Assembly (NCBI GenBank): GCA_964614855.1
Contig: CAZTMX010000002.1
Span: 1-51,320 of the forward strand
Length of the DNA stretch: 51,320 nt
Reading direction: 5' to 3'
DNA from: an uncultured Anaerolineaceae bacterium
GTDB lineage: Bacteria > Chloroflexota > Anaerolineae > Anaerolineales > UBA4823
The notes below the pieces were generated by a model. It had not been told where the DNA came from, made no database searches, and was given only the letters and a program-made list of their open reading frames with translations. Position numbers and translations under genes: made by a program. The first letter of the stretch is position 1. Each line of letters begins with the position of its first letter. Shown here one piece after another: positions 18,555 to 27,343 of this stretch.

Positions 18555-20017
18555 TGGCGCAACCCGGTATCTCTTTATTGGACGCTGCATTAATCGAGCA
18601 AATCCTGGCAGAGGCCTTTCAGCTGATGCAGCAGCCAGGGATCATGGTACAGTCCCCGGCTGCCCTGGAACTCCTGGCGCAAGGCGGCGCCAGGGTGGAT
18701 TTTGAGCACCAGGTCGCCTCCATTCCTGAAAGCCTGGGGCGCTGGGCGTTGGAGCGCGCGCCCAAACGCTTCCACCTGTGCAACCTGCACGGCGACCCGG
18801 TGGTGCAGTACGGCGGCGATGCAGTGCAGTTCGACCCCGGCTCATCGGGCGTGCATGTGCTGGATGCGGATACCCTGGAGCATAAGCCGTCCACCTCGGC
18901 AGATCTGCTGCGTATTATCAAGATCACCGAGATGCTGCCGGAATTCGAAGCCCAATCCACTGCGGTGGTCTGTCACGACTCGCCGAAGGAAATAGGTGAT
19001 ATCTACCGCCTGTACCTGGTGCTGCGCAGCTCTGCCAAACCGGTGGTTACCGGGGCGTTTACGGCGGCGGGGCTGCAGCCCATGCTGGAGCTGCTGGCGC
19101 TCTTTTGCGGCGGCAGGCAGGCGATGGCGGCGAAACCGCGAGCTGTGTTTGATGTCTGCCCCACGCCGCCTTTGATTTGGAGCGATTTCGGCGCGCAAAA
19201 CCTGATTGAGCTGGCGCGGGCGGGACTTCCAGCCCAGATTATCTCCATGCCGCTGGCAGGCGCAGCCTCCCCGGTGACCTTGCTCGGCTCGGTGGTGCAG
19301 CATGCTGCCGAAACCATCAGCGGTATCGTGATCCACCAGCTTGCTGCCCCGGGTGCTCCGGTGGTATGGGGCGGCGCCCCGGCAATTTTCGATATGCGCA
19401 CGGGCTCCACCCCCATGGGCGCAATCGAAACCGCCATGCTGGATGCGGCCTATTCACAGGTAGGAAAATCATTGGAGCTGCCCACGCATACCTACCTGGG
19501 CGCCAGTGATGCCAAGATCGTCGATGCGCAGGCAGGCATGGAAAGCGGCATGTCGGCTTTGGTGGGTGGGTTGGCGGGGATAAACATGATCTCCGGCGCG
19601 GGGATGCTGGATTTCCTGGCCTGCTTCAGCCCGGAGAAGCTGGTGATCGACGCCGAAGCGGTGGGGATGGTCAAGCGCCTGCTGAGCGGGATCTCCCGCC
19701 GTACAGATACGCTGGCAATCGAGCTGTTTGCGGGGATCCATTTTAAAGGCGAATTTCTCAAGCAAAAAGCCACGCGCCAGTTGTTTGCGCTGGAGCAGCA
19801 CCTGCCTTCGCCGGTGATCGACCGGACATCCATCCGCACCTGGCAGCAGAGCGGGGGAAAAGATGCCTTTGCCAGGGCGAAGGAGCGCGCCGGCAGCCTG
19901 CAGCAAGCTTACCAGCCGCCGGTGATAGATACAGGGTTATTAAAGGAGGCCGACAGGATGCTCACCCGCCTGGCAAACCGCAGCGGCGAGGAGCCGCTGC
20001 CCTTAATGAAATGGTAA
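18554..20017 (+). CDS. second MttB-superfamily protein, non-pyrrolysine type, divergent paralogue
   Basis: 487 aa with the same family architecture (LIEQILAEAFQLMQQPGIMV...). Its start overlaps the upstream stop (TGATG). There is no in-frame TAG. Confidence 0.8.
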   Translation: MAQPGISLLDAALIEQILAEAFQLMQQPGIMVQSPAALELLAQGGARVDFEHQVASIPESLGRWALERAPKRFHLCNLHGDPVVQYGGDAVQFDPGSSGVHVLDADTLEHKPSTSADLLRIIKITEMLPEFEAQSTAVVCHDSPKEIGDIYRLYLVLRSSAKPVVTGAFTAAGLQPMLELLALFCGGRQAMAAKPRAVFDVCPTPPLIWSDFGAQNLIELARAGLPAQIISMPLAGAASPVTLLGSVVQHAAETISGIVIHQLAAPGAPVVWGGAPAIFDMRTGSTPMGAIETAMLDAAYSQVGKSLELPTHTYLGASDAKIVDAQAGMESGMSALVGGLAGINMISGAGMLDFLACFSPEKLVIDAEAVGMVKRLLSGISRRTDTLAIELFAGIHFKGEFLKQKATRQLFALEQHLPSPVIDRTSIRTWQQSGGKDAFARAKERAGSLQQAYQPPVIDTGLLKEADRMLTRLANRSGEEPLPLMKW

Positions 20018-20097
20018 GTCAATCGCACAGCGCGAACCAGGAAAATTGGCGCAAAAGGCCGTGCATCACAAAGGAATAGAACAAGGAGCGCATTGAA

Positions 20098-21255
20098 ATG
20101 AAACAGGATGAAGGTTTTGCAGCACAGCTTGTGTCCTGGCGCCGCCAGATCCACAGCTGCCCCGAACTGGGTTTTTGCGAGCACAAGACGGCTGCCCTGG
20201 TTGCCCAGGAGCTGGGGCGCATGGGCTGGCGGGTGCGGACGGGTGTCGGACGCACCGGGGTGGTGGGCGAGCGCGGCAGCGGTGCACCAGTCATCGCCAT
20301 CAGGGCGGATATGGACGCCCTGCCCATCCAGGAAGCCAATGCTGTCCCTTACGCTTCGCAAACCCCGGGGCTGATGCACGCCTGCGGTCACGATGCGCAT
20401 GTCGCCATGCTGTTAGGCGCAGCACAGCTGCTTACCAGGGAGGAGTTTCCCGGCACGGTGCGCCTGTTGTTCCAGCCTTCTGAAGAGGTGGCAGATGCCG
20501 AAGGCGCCAGTGGGGCGCCGCGCATGATCGAAGACGGCGCACTGGATGGAGTCTCGCTGGTCATCGCTCTGCATGTGGATCCTACCACAAAGCCCGGCAC
20601 TATCCGTCTGGGTTCTGGACCGGCTTCCGGTGGGGTGGGTTCCTTTTTTGCTTCGATCGTTGGACACGGCGGGCACGGTGCTCGCCCACACCAAACCGTG
20701 GATCCGATTTACCTGGCGGGGCATGTGATCCTGGCGCTGCACGGGATTGTCTCGCGCCGGCTGGACCCCGTGGCGCCGGCTGTGATCACCATCGGCTCGC
20801 TGCACGGTGGGGACGCGGAAAACGTCATCCCGGATGAAGTGAAGTTGTCGGGCACCATCCGTTTTCTGGATCTCGATGTACGCAAAGCAATTCGTGCGGA
20901 AATCACGCGCGCATTTGAAGTCGCCCGTGCTCTGGGTGGGGATTACAGGCTCGAATTTGACACGGGCTCACCGCCGATGATCAACCACCCCCAGGCGGTG
21001 GAGGTGATCCGGCGTGCGGCGGAAAAGTTGATCGGCGCCGAGGCGATCTTGCAACCAAAAGCCGGGTTGGGTGCGGAGGACTTCGGCGCTTTTTCCGATA
21101 TCGTACCCGGCGCCATGTTCACGCTGGGCTGCCGGATTGAAGGCAATGAGCGCCAGCTGCATAATTCGCATTTTGACCTGGATGAAGGTTGCTTGCCGGT
21201 CGGTGCTGCCCTCTTGGCACAATCCGCCCTGGAATATTTGCGCGGCGCGAGGTGA
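20098..21255 (+). CDS. M20D-family amidohydrolase (N-acyl-amino-acid/hippurate-hydrolase-like)
   Basis: 385 aa. IRADMDALPIQE, HACGHDAH and HGGHGARPH are metal-site blocks typical of the ILR1/HipO/AmaB family. An AAGGAG RBS lies upstream. Confidence 0.85.
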   Translation: MKQDEGFAAQLVSWRRQIHSCPELGFCEHKTAALVAQELGRMGWRVRTGVGRTGVVGERGSGAPVIAIRADMDALPIQEANAVPYASQTPGLMHACGHDAHVAMLLGAAQLLTREEFPGTVRLLFQPSEEVADAEGASGAPRMIEDGALDGVSLVIALHVDPTTKPGTIRLGSGPASGGVGSFFASIVGHGGHGARPHQTVDPIYLAGHVILALHGIVSRRLDPVAPAVITIGSLHGGDAENVIPDEVKLSGTIRFLDLDVRKAIRAEITRAFEVARALGGDYRLEFDTGSPPMINHPQAVEVIRRAAEKLIGAEAILQPKAGLGAEDFGAFSDIVPGAMFTLGCRIEGNERQLHNSHFDLDEGCLPVGAALLAQSALEYLRGAR

Positions 21256-21318
21256 GGCCACGGCGTGATCGCCGGCTTGATCGATTGCAAAAAGCCTGGG
21301 TATCGAGGCTGTTGATCG

Positions 21319-22014
21319 ATGGATCCGAAGACAACTATGCGAGAAGACCCCCTGCACGCCTGGGATGTGAGCCCCGCTGAGGCAATCGCTATCCAACAAG
21401 ACCTGCGCTGCCGGGTAGTGCGTCAGAATGCCCTGGGTGTAGTGCGGCTGGTGGCGGGGGTGGATGTAGGCGTCGATCCGGTGTTGAAAACGGGGTGCGC
21501 CGCGGTGGTCGTCCTGAGCTTTCCCGAACTTAAAATCCTGGAAACTGCCCAGGCGAGCTTGCCGTTGCGTTTTCCCTATGTGCCGGGGCTGTTGTCATTC
21601 CGCGAAGTACCCGTGATCCTGGAAGCGCTGCAGAAGCTGGCGCAGCTCCCAGATTTGATTTTATGCGACGGCCAGGGGCTGGCGCACCCGCGCCGCTTTG
21701 GTTTGGCCTGTCATCTGGGGGTGTGGTGCGATCTTCCCTGCATCGGCGTGGCAAAATCCCGCCTGCTGGGGGAATACCAACCGCCCGGTGAGCAGCGCGG
21801 TGATTGGCAGCCGCTGCTGGATTCAGGCGAAGTGATCGGCGCAGTTTTGCGCACGCGCGCTCATGCGAAACCGCTGTTTATTTCCACCGGTCACCGGGTG
21901 GATCTGTCCACGGCGATTTCCTATGTCCTGCGCTGCGCCCCAAAATACCGGCTGCCCGAGACCACCCGCCAGGCGCACCGGTTGGCTTCCCAAATGGGAG
22001 GCGCTTTGAAGTAA
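21319..22014 (+). CDS. nfi: endonuclease V (deoxyinosine 3' endonuclease)
   Basis: 231 aa. PYVPGLLSFREVP, DGQGLAHPRRFGLACHLG, IGVAKSRL and STGHRV align with E. coli Nfi. Confidence 0.9.
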   Translation: MDPKTTMREDPLHAWDVSPAEAIAIQQDLRCRVVRQNALGVVRLVAGVDVGVDPVLKTGCAAVVVLSFPELKILETAQASLPLRFPYVPGLLSFREVPVILEALQKLAQLPDLILCDGQGLAHPRRFGLACHLGVWCDLPCIGVAKSRLLGEYQPPGEQRGDWQPLLDSGEVIGAVLRTRAHAKPLFISTGHRVDLSTAISYVLRCAPKYRLPETTRQAHRLASQMGGALK

Positions 22015-22098
22015 GCCTAAGACCACATCCTGTGGAAGCACCCCCCGCTGCAATTGTAAACATCCTGGATAGAGTTTGAAGTACATGGAGAAAAGACC

Positions 22099-23223
22099 AT
22101 GACTGGTGAAAAGAAAATCGATCTGTACCTCTCCTTCTATGAAGATGAAATGAACAGTGCCCTGCTGTATGAAGAAGTTTCGAAGACGGAGAAGAACCCA
22201 AAGCTGGCAGAGGTTTACCAACGCCTGGCTGCCACCGAGCGAAATCATGCGGCAACCTGGCGCAAGAAGCTGGCAGAAGCCGGGGTAAGCCTGGAGCCCT
22301 TTAAACCATCCTGGCGTACCCGCACCTTGCTATGGCTGTCGCGACAGTTTGGTATTGATGCGATCCTGCCCAGCCTATCCAACATGGAGGCGGGTGGTAC
22401 ACATGCTTATAACACGCAGGAAGGCGGCAGGCAGATGGCGGCTTCAGAACAGTCGCATGCACGCTTGCTGCGCTTGATCGGTAAAAGCATGCACGGCGGG
22501 TTGGAGGGCGGTGCGCTGGCAAAACTGGAGGGCCGCCACCGTACAGCAGGAGGCAATGCGCTGCGGGCGGCGGTGTTGGGCGCCAATGACGGGTTGGTAT
22601 CCAATTTCAGCCTGGTGATGGGAGTGGCAGGGGCGGCGGTGGCCGGAAAAGGCATCTTGTTATCCGGTCTGGCGGGTCTTCTGGCTGGCTCGATATCGAT
22701 GGCGCTGGGCGAGTGGATTTCAGTACAAAGCTCGCGTGAATTATACAAACGGCAGATTGAAATCGAGCTTGAAGAGATCGAGCAGGCACCGGAAGAGGAG
22801 ATGGAAGAGCTGGCCTTGATCTACCAGTCGCGGGGTCTGGATGAAAGAGCAGCGCGACGGCTTGCCGGTCAGATCATGAGCAACCCGCAGAATGCTATCG
22901 ACGCCCTCAGCCGGGATGAGCTGGGGATCGACCCAGATGAGCTGGGCGGCTCGGCCTGGGAAGCCGCATTGACTTCCTTTCTACTGTTCGCCTTAGGGGC
23001 TATCTTGCCAGTATTTCCTTTCTTTTTTCTGAGCGGCTTGCCTGCGGTCGCGGCCAGCACTGGGCTGTCGGCGCTCGGGCTGTTTGTCATCGGCGCAGCC
23101 ATCACCCTATTTACCGGTCGCTCGGTGTGGTCCTCAGGTCTGCGCCAGGTGGCATTCGGCCTGGCTGCTGCCGCGGTCACCTACCTGGTTGGCCGCCTGC
23201 TGGGCGTCAGCGTGGGTGGATGA
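22099..23223 (+). CDS. erythrin-VIT1 fusion protein (ferritin-like N-terminal domain plus VIT1/CCC1 iron-transporter membrane domain, MbfA-like)
   Basis: 374 aa. The N-terminal ferritin/rubrerythrin-like helices carry E..H-type motifs (ATERNHAATW, EQSHARLL). The VIT1 signature GANDGLVSNFSLVMGVAGA and TM helices follow. Confidence 0.8.
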   Translation: MTGEKKIDLYLSFYEDEMNSALLYEEVSKTEKNPKLAEVYQRLAATERNHAATWRKKLAEAGVSLEPFKPSWRTRTLLWLSRQFGIDAILPSLSNMEAGGTHAYNTQEGGRQMAASEQSHARLLRLIGKSMHGGLEGGALAKLEGRHRTAGGNALRAAVLGANDGLVSNFSLVMGVAGAAVAGKGILLSGLAGLLAGSISMALGEWISVQSSRELYKRQIEIELEEIEQAPEEEMEELALIYQSRGLDERAARRLAGQIMSNPQNAIDALSRDELGIDPDELGGSAWEAALTSFLLFALGAILPVFPFFFLSGLPAVAASTGLSALGLFVIGAAITLFTGRSVWSSGLRQVAFGLAAAAVTYLVGRLLGVSVGG

Positions 23224-23281
23224 TCCGATTTTTGAGTTAGAATTTGAAAATAATCAAATTTTGTATCACAGGAAATCAACC

Positions 23282-23863
23282 ATGAAAAAAATCTGTATCT
23301 ATTGCGGCTCGGCTGATGAAATAAACCCGGAATACCTGCAGGCGGCGCGCCAGATGGGCGCAGCGGTGGCGCAGCGCGGCTTGCAGTTGTGGTACGGCGC
23401 TGGTAGCACGGGGATGATGGGCGCGGTGGCGGACGGCGCCCTGGAGGCAGGCGGTGAGGTGGTGGGGGTGATCCCCCAGCTTTTCAACACCCCGGTGCTG
23501 GCGCACACTCGCCTGACACGCCTGGAGGTGGTCGATTCCATGCACGAAAGAAAGCAGCGGCTGGCGGAGCAAGCGGATGCCTTTATCGCTTTGCCGGGCG
23601 GGTTTGGTACATTTGAGGAATTGTTTGAAATCCTCACCTGGTCGCAAATTGGGCTGCACCACAAACCGGTGGGGTTGTTAAATTCCCTGGGTTATTTTGA
23701 TCCCCTGCTCAAGATGGTGGATCATGCCAGGCAGGAGGGTTTTATCTACGGAGAACACAAACAACTTCTGGCATCTGCCCGCAACCCGCAGGAATTGCTG
23801 GATTTGCTGGAAAACCACCGCCGGCCGGATGGTTTGGATCGCTGGTTAACTCGTAATGGTTAA
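23282..23863 (+). CDS. LOG-family (TIGR00730) nucleotide phosphoribohydrolase
   Basis: MKKICIYCGSA start, GGGSTGMMG-like block and the PGGFGTFEELFE motif. The long N-terminal extension from 23084 overlaps the preceding gene and was rejected. Confidence 0.85.
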   Translation: MKKICIYCGSADEINPEYLQAARQMGAAVAQRGLQLWYGAGSTGMMGAVADGALEAGGEVVGVIPQLFNTPVLAHTRLTRLEVVDSMHERKQRLAEQADAFIALPGGFGTFEELFEILTWSQIGLHHKPVGLLNSLGYFDPLLKMVDHARQEGFIYGEHKQLLASARNPQELLDLLENHRRPDGLDRWLTRNG

Positions 23864-23873
23864 TAGTTTTCTA

Positions 23874-23882
23874 TGGTATAAT
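23874..23882 (+). promoter_or_regulatory. extended -10 element TGgTATAAT immediately after the LOG stop codon (promoter candidate P1)
   Basis: Read directly. There is no good -35. It is followed by two hairpins and a T-run within about 75 nt. Confidence 0.3.
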
Positions 23883-23933
23883 TCGCGCTGCGAGGGGATT
23901 TTGGCGGCTAAACCCGCCCTGGGTGGTGACTTG

Positions 23934-23956
23934 AACGGCTGCTTGCCGTTGTTTTT
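23934..23956 (+). terminator. small rho-independent terminator (after the LOG gene and/or after a short transcript)
   Basis: AACGGC (23934-23939) pairs with GCCGTT (23945-23950) around a 5-nt loop, followed by GTTTTT. Confidence 0.5.
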
Positions 23957-23971
23957 ATAGCGTGCTATAAT
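23943..23971 (+). promoter_or_regulatory. promoter candidate for rho: TTGCCG-17-TGcTATAAT (extended -10)
   Basis: TTGCCG at 23943-23948, TG at 23963-23964 and TATAAT at 23966-23971. It would give a leader of about 170 nt before the rho ATG. Confidence 0.55.
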
Positions 23972-24150
23972 TACGATAACATCCATTATCTTTCTTATCC
24001 ATTATCCCCCTTCCGGTGTTCAAAATTTGTAACCTGATTTCCCAGCCTTTATTTTATTGGATTACCTTCCTGGCATCACCCTGCCGGGGATAATGTTTTA
24101 CCAGCATGAGCACATTCCAATTTCCACAAACCCCTTAGAGCAAGGAAACT

Positions 24151-25422
24151 ATGAAAGTCATCGAATTAGAAAACGCTTCACTTAGTGCTTTACGTCAGAT
24201 GGCGCGGGACTTAGATGTCCAGAACGCAACCCGTATGAAGAAGGAAGACCTGATCTTGCGTATCCAGCAGGTCGAAGCAGAAAGGCAAGGTCTGGAATTG
24301 CGCGGCGGTATCCTGGAGATCATGAGCGAAGGCATCGGCTTTTTACGCTCAGGCCATTACCAACCAGGGCCGTATGACGTCTATGTCTCGCAATCCCAAA
24401 TCCGCCGCTATAATCTGCGCAACGGTGATTTGATCATCGGACACGTGCGCCCACCGCGCGAAAGCGAGCGCCATTACGGCCTTTTAAAGGTCGAGACAGT
24501 TAATGGCCTCGAGGCCGAAGACGCCAAGCGCCGCCCGACATTTGAATCGCTGACGCCTATCTTCCCGGATACGCGCTTCGATCTGGAGCTGGACCGGCAT
24601 ACGATGGCGACACGCCTGATCAACCTGGTCACACCCATCGGGCGCGGCCAGCGCGGGCTGATCGTTTCTCCCCCAAAAGCGGGCAAGACGACCATTTTGA
24701 AGCAAATTGCGAATTCGATTTCTACAAAGTATCCGGAAGTGCACCTGATGGTGGCCTTGATCGGCGAGCGCCCGGAAGAAGTAACCGATATGGACCGCTC
24801 GGTGGATGCCGAGGTGATTTCATCGACATTCGATGAGCCGGTAAGCTCGCATGTGCGCGTGGCGGAAATGGCGTTGGAACGCGCCAAGCGCCTGGTAGAG
24901 ATCAACCGGGATGTGGTGATCTTAATGGACTCGATCACCCGCCTGGCGCGCGCTTATAACCTGGTGGTTACTCCCTCTGGACGCACCCTCTCAGGCGGTA
25001 TCGATCCATCCGCATTGTACCCGCCCAAGCGTTTCTTTGGCGCGGCGCGTAATATTGAGGAAGGCGGTTCCTTGACCATCGTCGCCACCTGCCTGGTGGA
25101 TACCGGCTCGCGCATGGATGACGTGGTATACGAGGAATTCAAGGGTACTGGCAATATGGAATTGCATCTTTCTCGCCGCCTGCAGGAACGGCGTGTGTTC
25201 CCGGCAATTGACATTGAACGATCGTCAACACGCCGTGAGGAACTGTTATTAGGACCCGATATCACCCCGCGCGTTTGGACGATGCGGCGCATGTATGATC
25301 AGATGGTTACCGCGCCACCGCACGGAGCGGGCCTGGACCCGTCCACGGCGACAGAAGCGATTCTCCAGCGTCTGGGACGCACGAATTCCAACCAGGAATT
25401 TTTGGAAACACTGACAGACTGA
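24151..25422 (+). CDS. rho: transcription termination factor Rho
   Basis: 423 aa with the Rho_N helix (LRQMARDLDVQNATRMKKEDLILRI), a cold-shock-like RNA-binding domain and an ATPase with the Walker A motif PPKAGKTT. Confidence 0.95.
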   Translation: MKVIELENASLSALRQMARDLDVQNATRMKKEDLILRIQQVEAERQGLELRGGILEIMSEGIGFLRSGHYQPGPYDVYVSQSQIRRYNLRNGDLIIGHVRPPRESERHYGLLKVETVNGLEAEDAKRRPTFESLTPIFPDTRFDLELDRHTMATRLINLVTPIGRGQRGLIVSPPKAGKTTILKQIANSISTKYPEVHLMVALIGERPEEVTDMDRSVDAEVISSTFDEPVSSHVRVAEMALERAKRLVEINRDVVILMDSITRLARAYNLVVTPSGRTLSGGIDPSALYPPKRFFGAARNIEEGGSLTIVATCLVDTGSRMDDVVYEEFKGTGNMELHLSRRLQERRVFPAIDIERSSTRREELLLGPDITPRVWTMRRMYDQMVTAPPHGAGLDPSTATEAILQRLGRTNSNQEFLETLTD

Positions 25423-25505
25423 CAGATAACCAGCCCTGGCAAGATTCGCACGATGGGCTTACCTGTATAGATAATTGAGTATCGATTGATTTGGAGGATG
25501 AAGAA

Positions 25506-25688
25506 ATGGCAAAAAACGAGCAAGAACCTGAAACCCAAGTAATGGCAGAGACTGAGAACTATATTGCCTGGCAGGCAGATGAACCCGATGGTGAAACCAC
25601 TTACCATTTGGAGCTGAACAACGTCACCCTGCACTTTTTCCGCGAGGAATGGGATGAGTTTCTAAAGCTTGTAGCTGAATTGAAATAA
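25506..25688 (+). CDS. small highly acidic hypothetical protein (60 aa)
   Basis: The ATG at 25506 is preceded by GGAGGA (25494-25499), and the ORF is followed by a terminator. The translation is MAKNEQEPETQVMAETENYIAWQADEPDGETTYHLELNNVTLHFFREEWDEFLKLVAELK. Confidence 0.55.
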   Translation: MAKNEQEPETQVMAETENYIAWQADEPDGETTYHLELNNVTLHFFREEWDEFLKLVAELK

Positions 25689-25710
25689 GGCTGCGGCAGT
25701 TTTATTCAAT

Positions 25711-25749
25711 AAACGGTCTGGATGGTACTCAAATCCAGGCCGTTTTATT
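25711..25749 (+). terminator. rho-independent terminator closing the rho/small-ORF unit
   Basis: ACGGTCTGGAT (25713-25723) pairs with ATCCAGGCCGT (25733-25743), giving 11 bp with one G-T pair and a 9-nt loop, then TTTTATT. It overlaps the stop codon of the convergent minus-strand gene. Confidence 0.75.
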
Positions 25750-27343
25750 GTTCGTGCGTGATCTTCTCTACATAAGGGATCACACCGCGGCAGGGATCGG
25801 TGAAGTAGTCCAGCGCATTTTCCCAGGTGAGCTTGCCTGTATTCAACCAGGATTGGTGGATGGCGTAGGATACGCACCCCGGTCCGGCGTGGTAATTGGC
25901 CAGGGTAAAGCGCCACAGATCTTCGTAGGTAGCGATAGCGCCGGGGCTCATTTCTGTGGCTGTGAAAACCGTGCGGCTGACCTGGGCACAGTTTGCCTGC
26001 AGTGTGTTGGCAAACAGGGACACGGAGTAATTGGTGCTGCTCAAATCGATGCCCGTATCACAATCCGGGCAGTCTACCCGGGCCTGGACAGCCAGAGCGC
26101 CTCTCAGGGTGGCCCGGCTTTCTTCACTCAATTTCAAGTAACCGCCAGCGCAGGCAGATTCCGCCAGGACCAGGGGGCAAAACTGGGTGTAGAATTCCGG
26201 CTGCCAGATAAATATCGAATCGACGCCGTGGTCGGTGATCTGGCCTAGGCCGAATTCATAGGGCACGCGGAAGATCCCGGGCCAGAACTGGCTTTCCTGG
26301 GCAAATAGATTCTTCATCAGTTGGGCAGGGATGCCGGTGGCGCGGGCTACATCGACAATGCGGGCGTCAAACTGGTTCTGCCATATTTCTACCAACGGGC
26401 GGGCAATTTCCAGACCGCAGGCATCGGCATAGCCGTTAGGCAGCAGCCCGCCGCCCAGGCAGGCGCTGGCGTCCACCGCGCCCTGGAAAATCAAACGCCC
26501 GGCCAGGTAGTAATACGGCTCTTCCGAGGCTAAAAGCACCGGTTGGTCGGGTGTTTTCAACCAGTCCGGTGGTCCGCCCAGCGGGGGAAAAGCATCCCAG
26601 ATGCGGGCGCAGGTAGCCAGCGGCGCTCCTTGCCACTGCGAGCTGATGACATCCACAAACCAGCCGCTCTGAGATGGCACAGCTGTCATACCCGTATCGA
26701 TCACTCGCACCTGCGCTGTGAAAATCTGGCTGGCATCGCCGTAACTGGAATTCGCCCAAAACTCAATGCGGTTGCCCAGCAGGGGGGTGGCTTTCAAGGG
26801 GAGTTTGCAGACATCACCCAGGCAGAAGAAGGGCTCTCCATCAAATAGACCCTGGATAGCGGTAATTTGCTCACCCGGCAGAGGCTCTTCGCCCGTGAGC
26901 ACGAGGCTGGGGATTTGCTGCCAGCGGTTCTCGGGTGGTTGAGGGGTGCAGCCCTCCAGCGATACCCAGATCATGGGCATCGGCAGCTCAACAATGACTT
27001 CTTTTTCCTTTGCCTCAGTGGAAATCAGGTGGATGTACACGCCGGGGCAGTTGATCCCGGTCTGGCAGGACGGGGTGCCCTTCCAGATTTCTGCTAAGTC
27101 GGTACCGCAGGCTTGAGCGACCTCAGTAATGGTCGGCACACCTTCGTGATCTACCAGCACCTGGCAGAGATAACTGCTGGTGGACCAATCCAGCAACCAC
27201 CATTCATATTCAACATAAGGCACGGTAAAGGTGGTAAAGCGCGTTGAATCACCGGCGGCAGATGCATTTTCTGCCTGGAGGATTGCTCCAATCAGCAAGG
27301 AGAGCAAACAGGCTACTCGTAAGGCCTTTGAAACCCAGGACAT
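25745..27343 (-). CDS. secreted lytic-transglycosylase (SLT-domain) protein with a Cys-rich N-terminal region
   Basis: 532 aa with a signal peptide (LRVACLLSLLIGAILQAENASA). The C-terminal SLT hallmarks are AQESQFWPG (catalytic Glu-Ser), GLGQIT and ANYHAGPG. Confidence 0.75.
   Translation of the reverse strand: MSWVSKALRVACLLSLLIGAILQAENASAAGDSTRFTTFTVPYVEYEWWLLDWSTSSYLCQVLVDHEGVPTITEVAQACGTDLAEIWKGTPSCQTGINCPGVYIHLISTEAKEKEVIVELPMPMIWVSLEGCTPQPPENRWQQIPSLVLTGEEPLPGEQITAIQGLFDGEPFFCLGDVCKLPLKATPLLGNRIEFWANSSYGDASQIFTAQVRVIDTGMTAVPSQSGWFVDVISSQWQGAPLATCARIWDAFPPLGGPPDWLKTPDQPVLLASEEPYYYLAGRLIFQGAVDASACLGGGLLPNGYADACGLEIARPLVEIWQNQFDARIVDVARATGIPAQLMKNLFAQESQFWPGIFRVPYEFGLGQITDHGVDSIFIWQPEFYTQFCPLVLAESACAGGYLKLSEESRATLRGALAVQARVDCPDCDTGIDLSSTNYSVSLFANTLQANCAQVSRTVFTATEMSPGAIATYEDLWRFTLANYHAGPGCVSYAIHQSWLNTGKLTWENALDYFTDPCRGVIPYVEKITHEQ

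Noticed and set aside
17100-20017. Possible pyrrolysine (in-frame TAG) recoding in the MttB genes
   Set aside because: Both ORFs are uninterrupted from start to stop at full family length, so there is no in-frame amber codon and no evidence for Pyl.
23084-23281. N-terminal extension of the LOG gene ORF, and similar extensions at 10854, 16359, 43291, 44529 and 5528
   Set aside because: The extensions overlap upstream genes or lack an RBS. Internal ATGs with good RBSs coincide with the conserved N-termini of the respective families.
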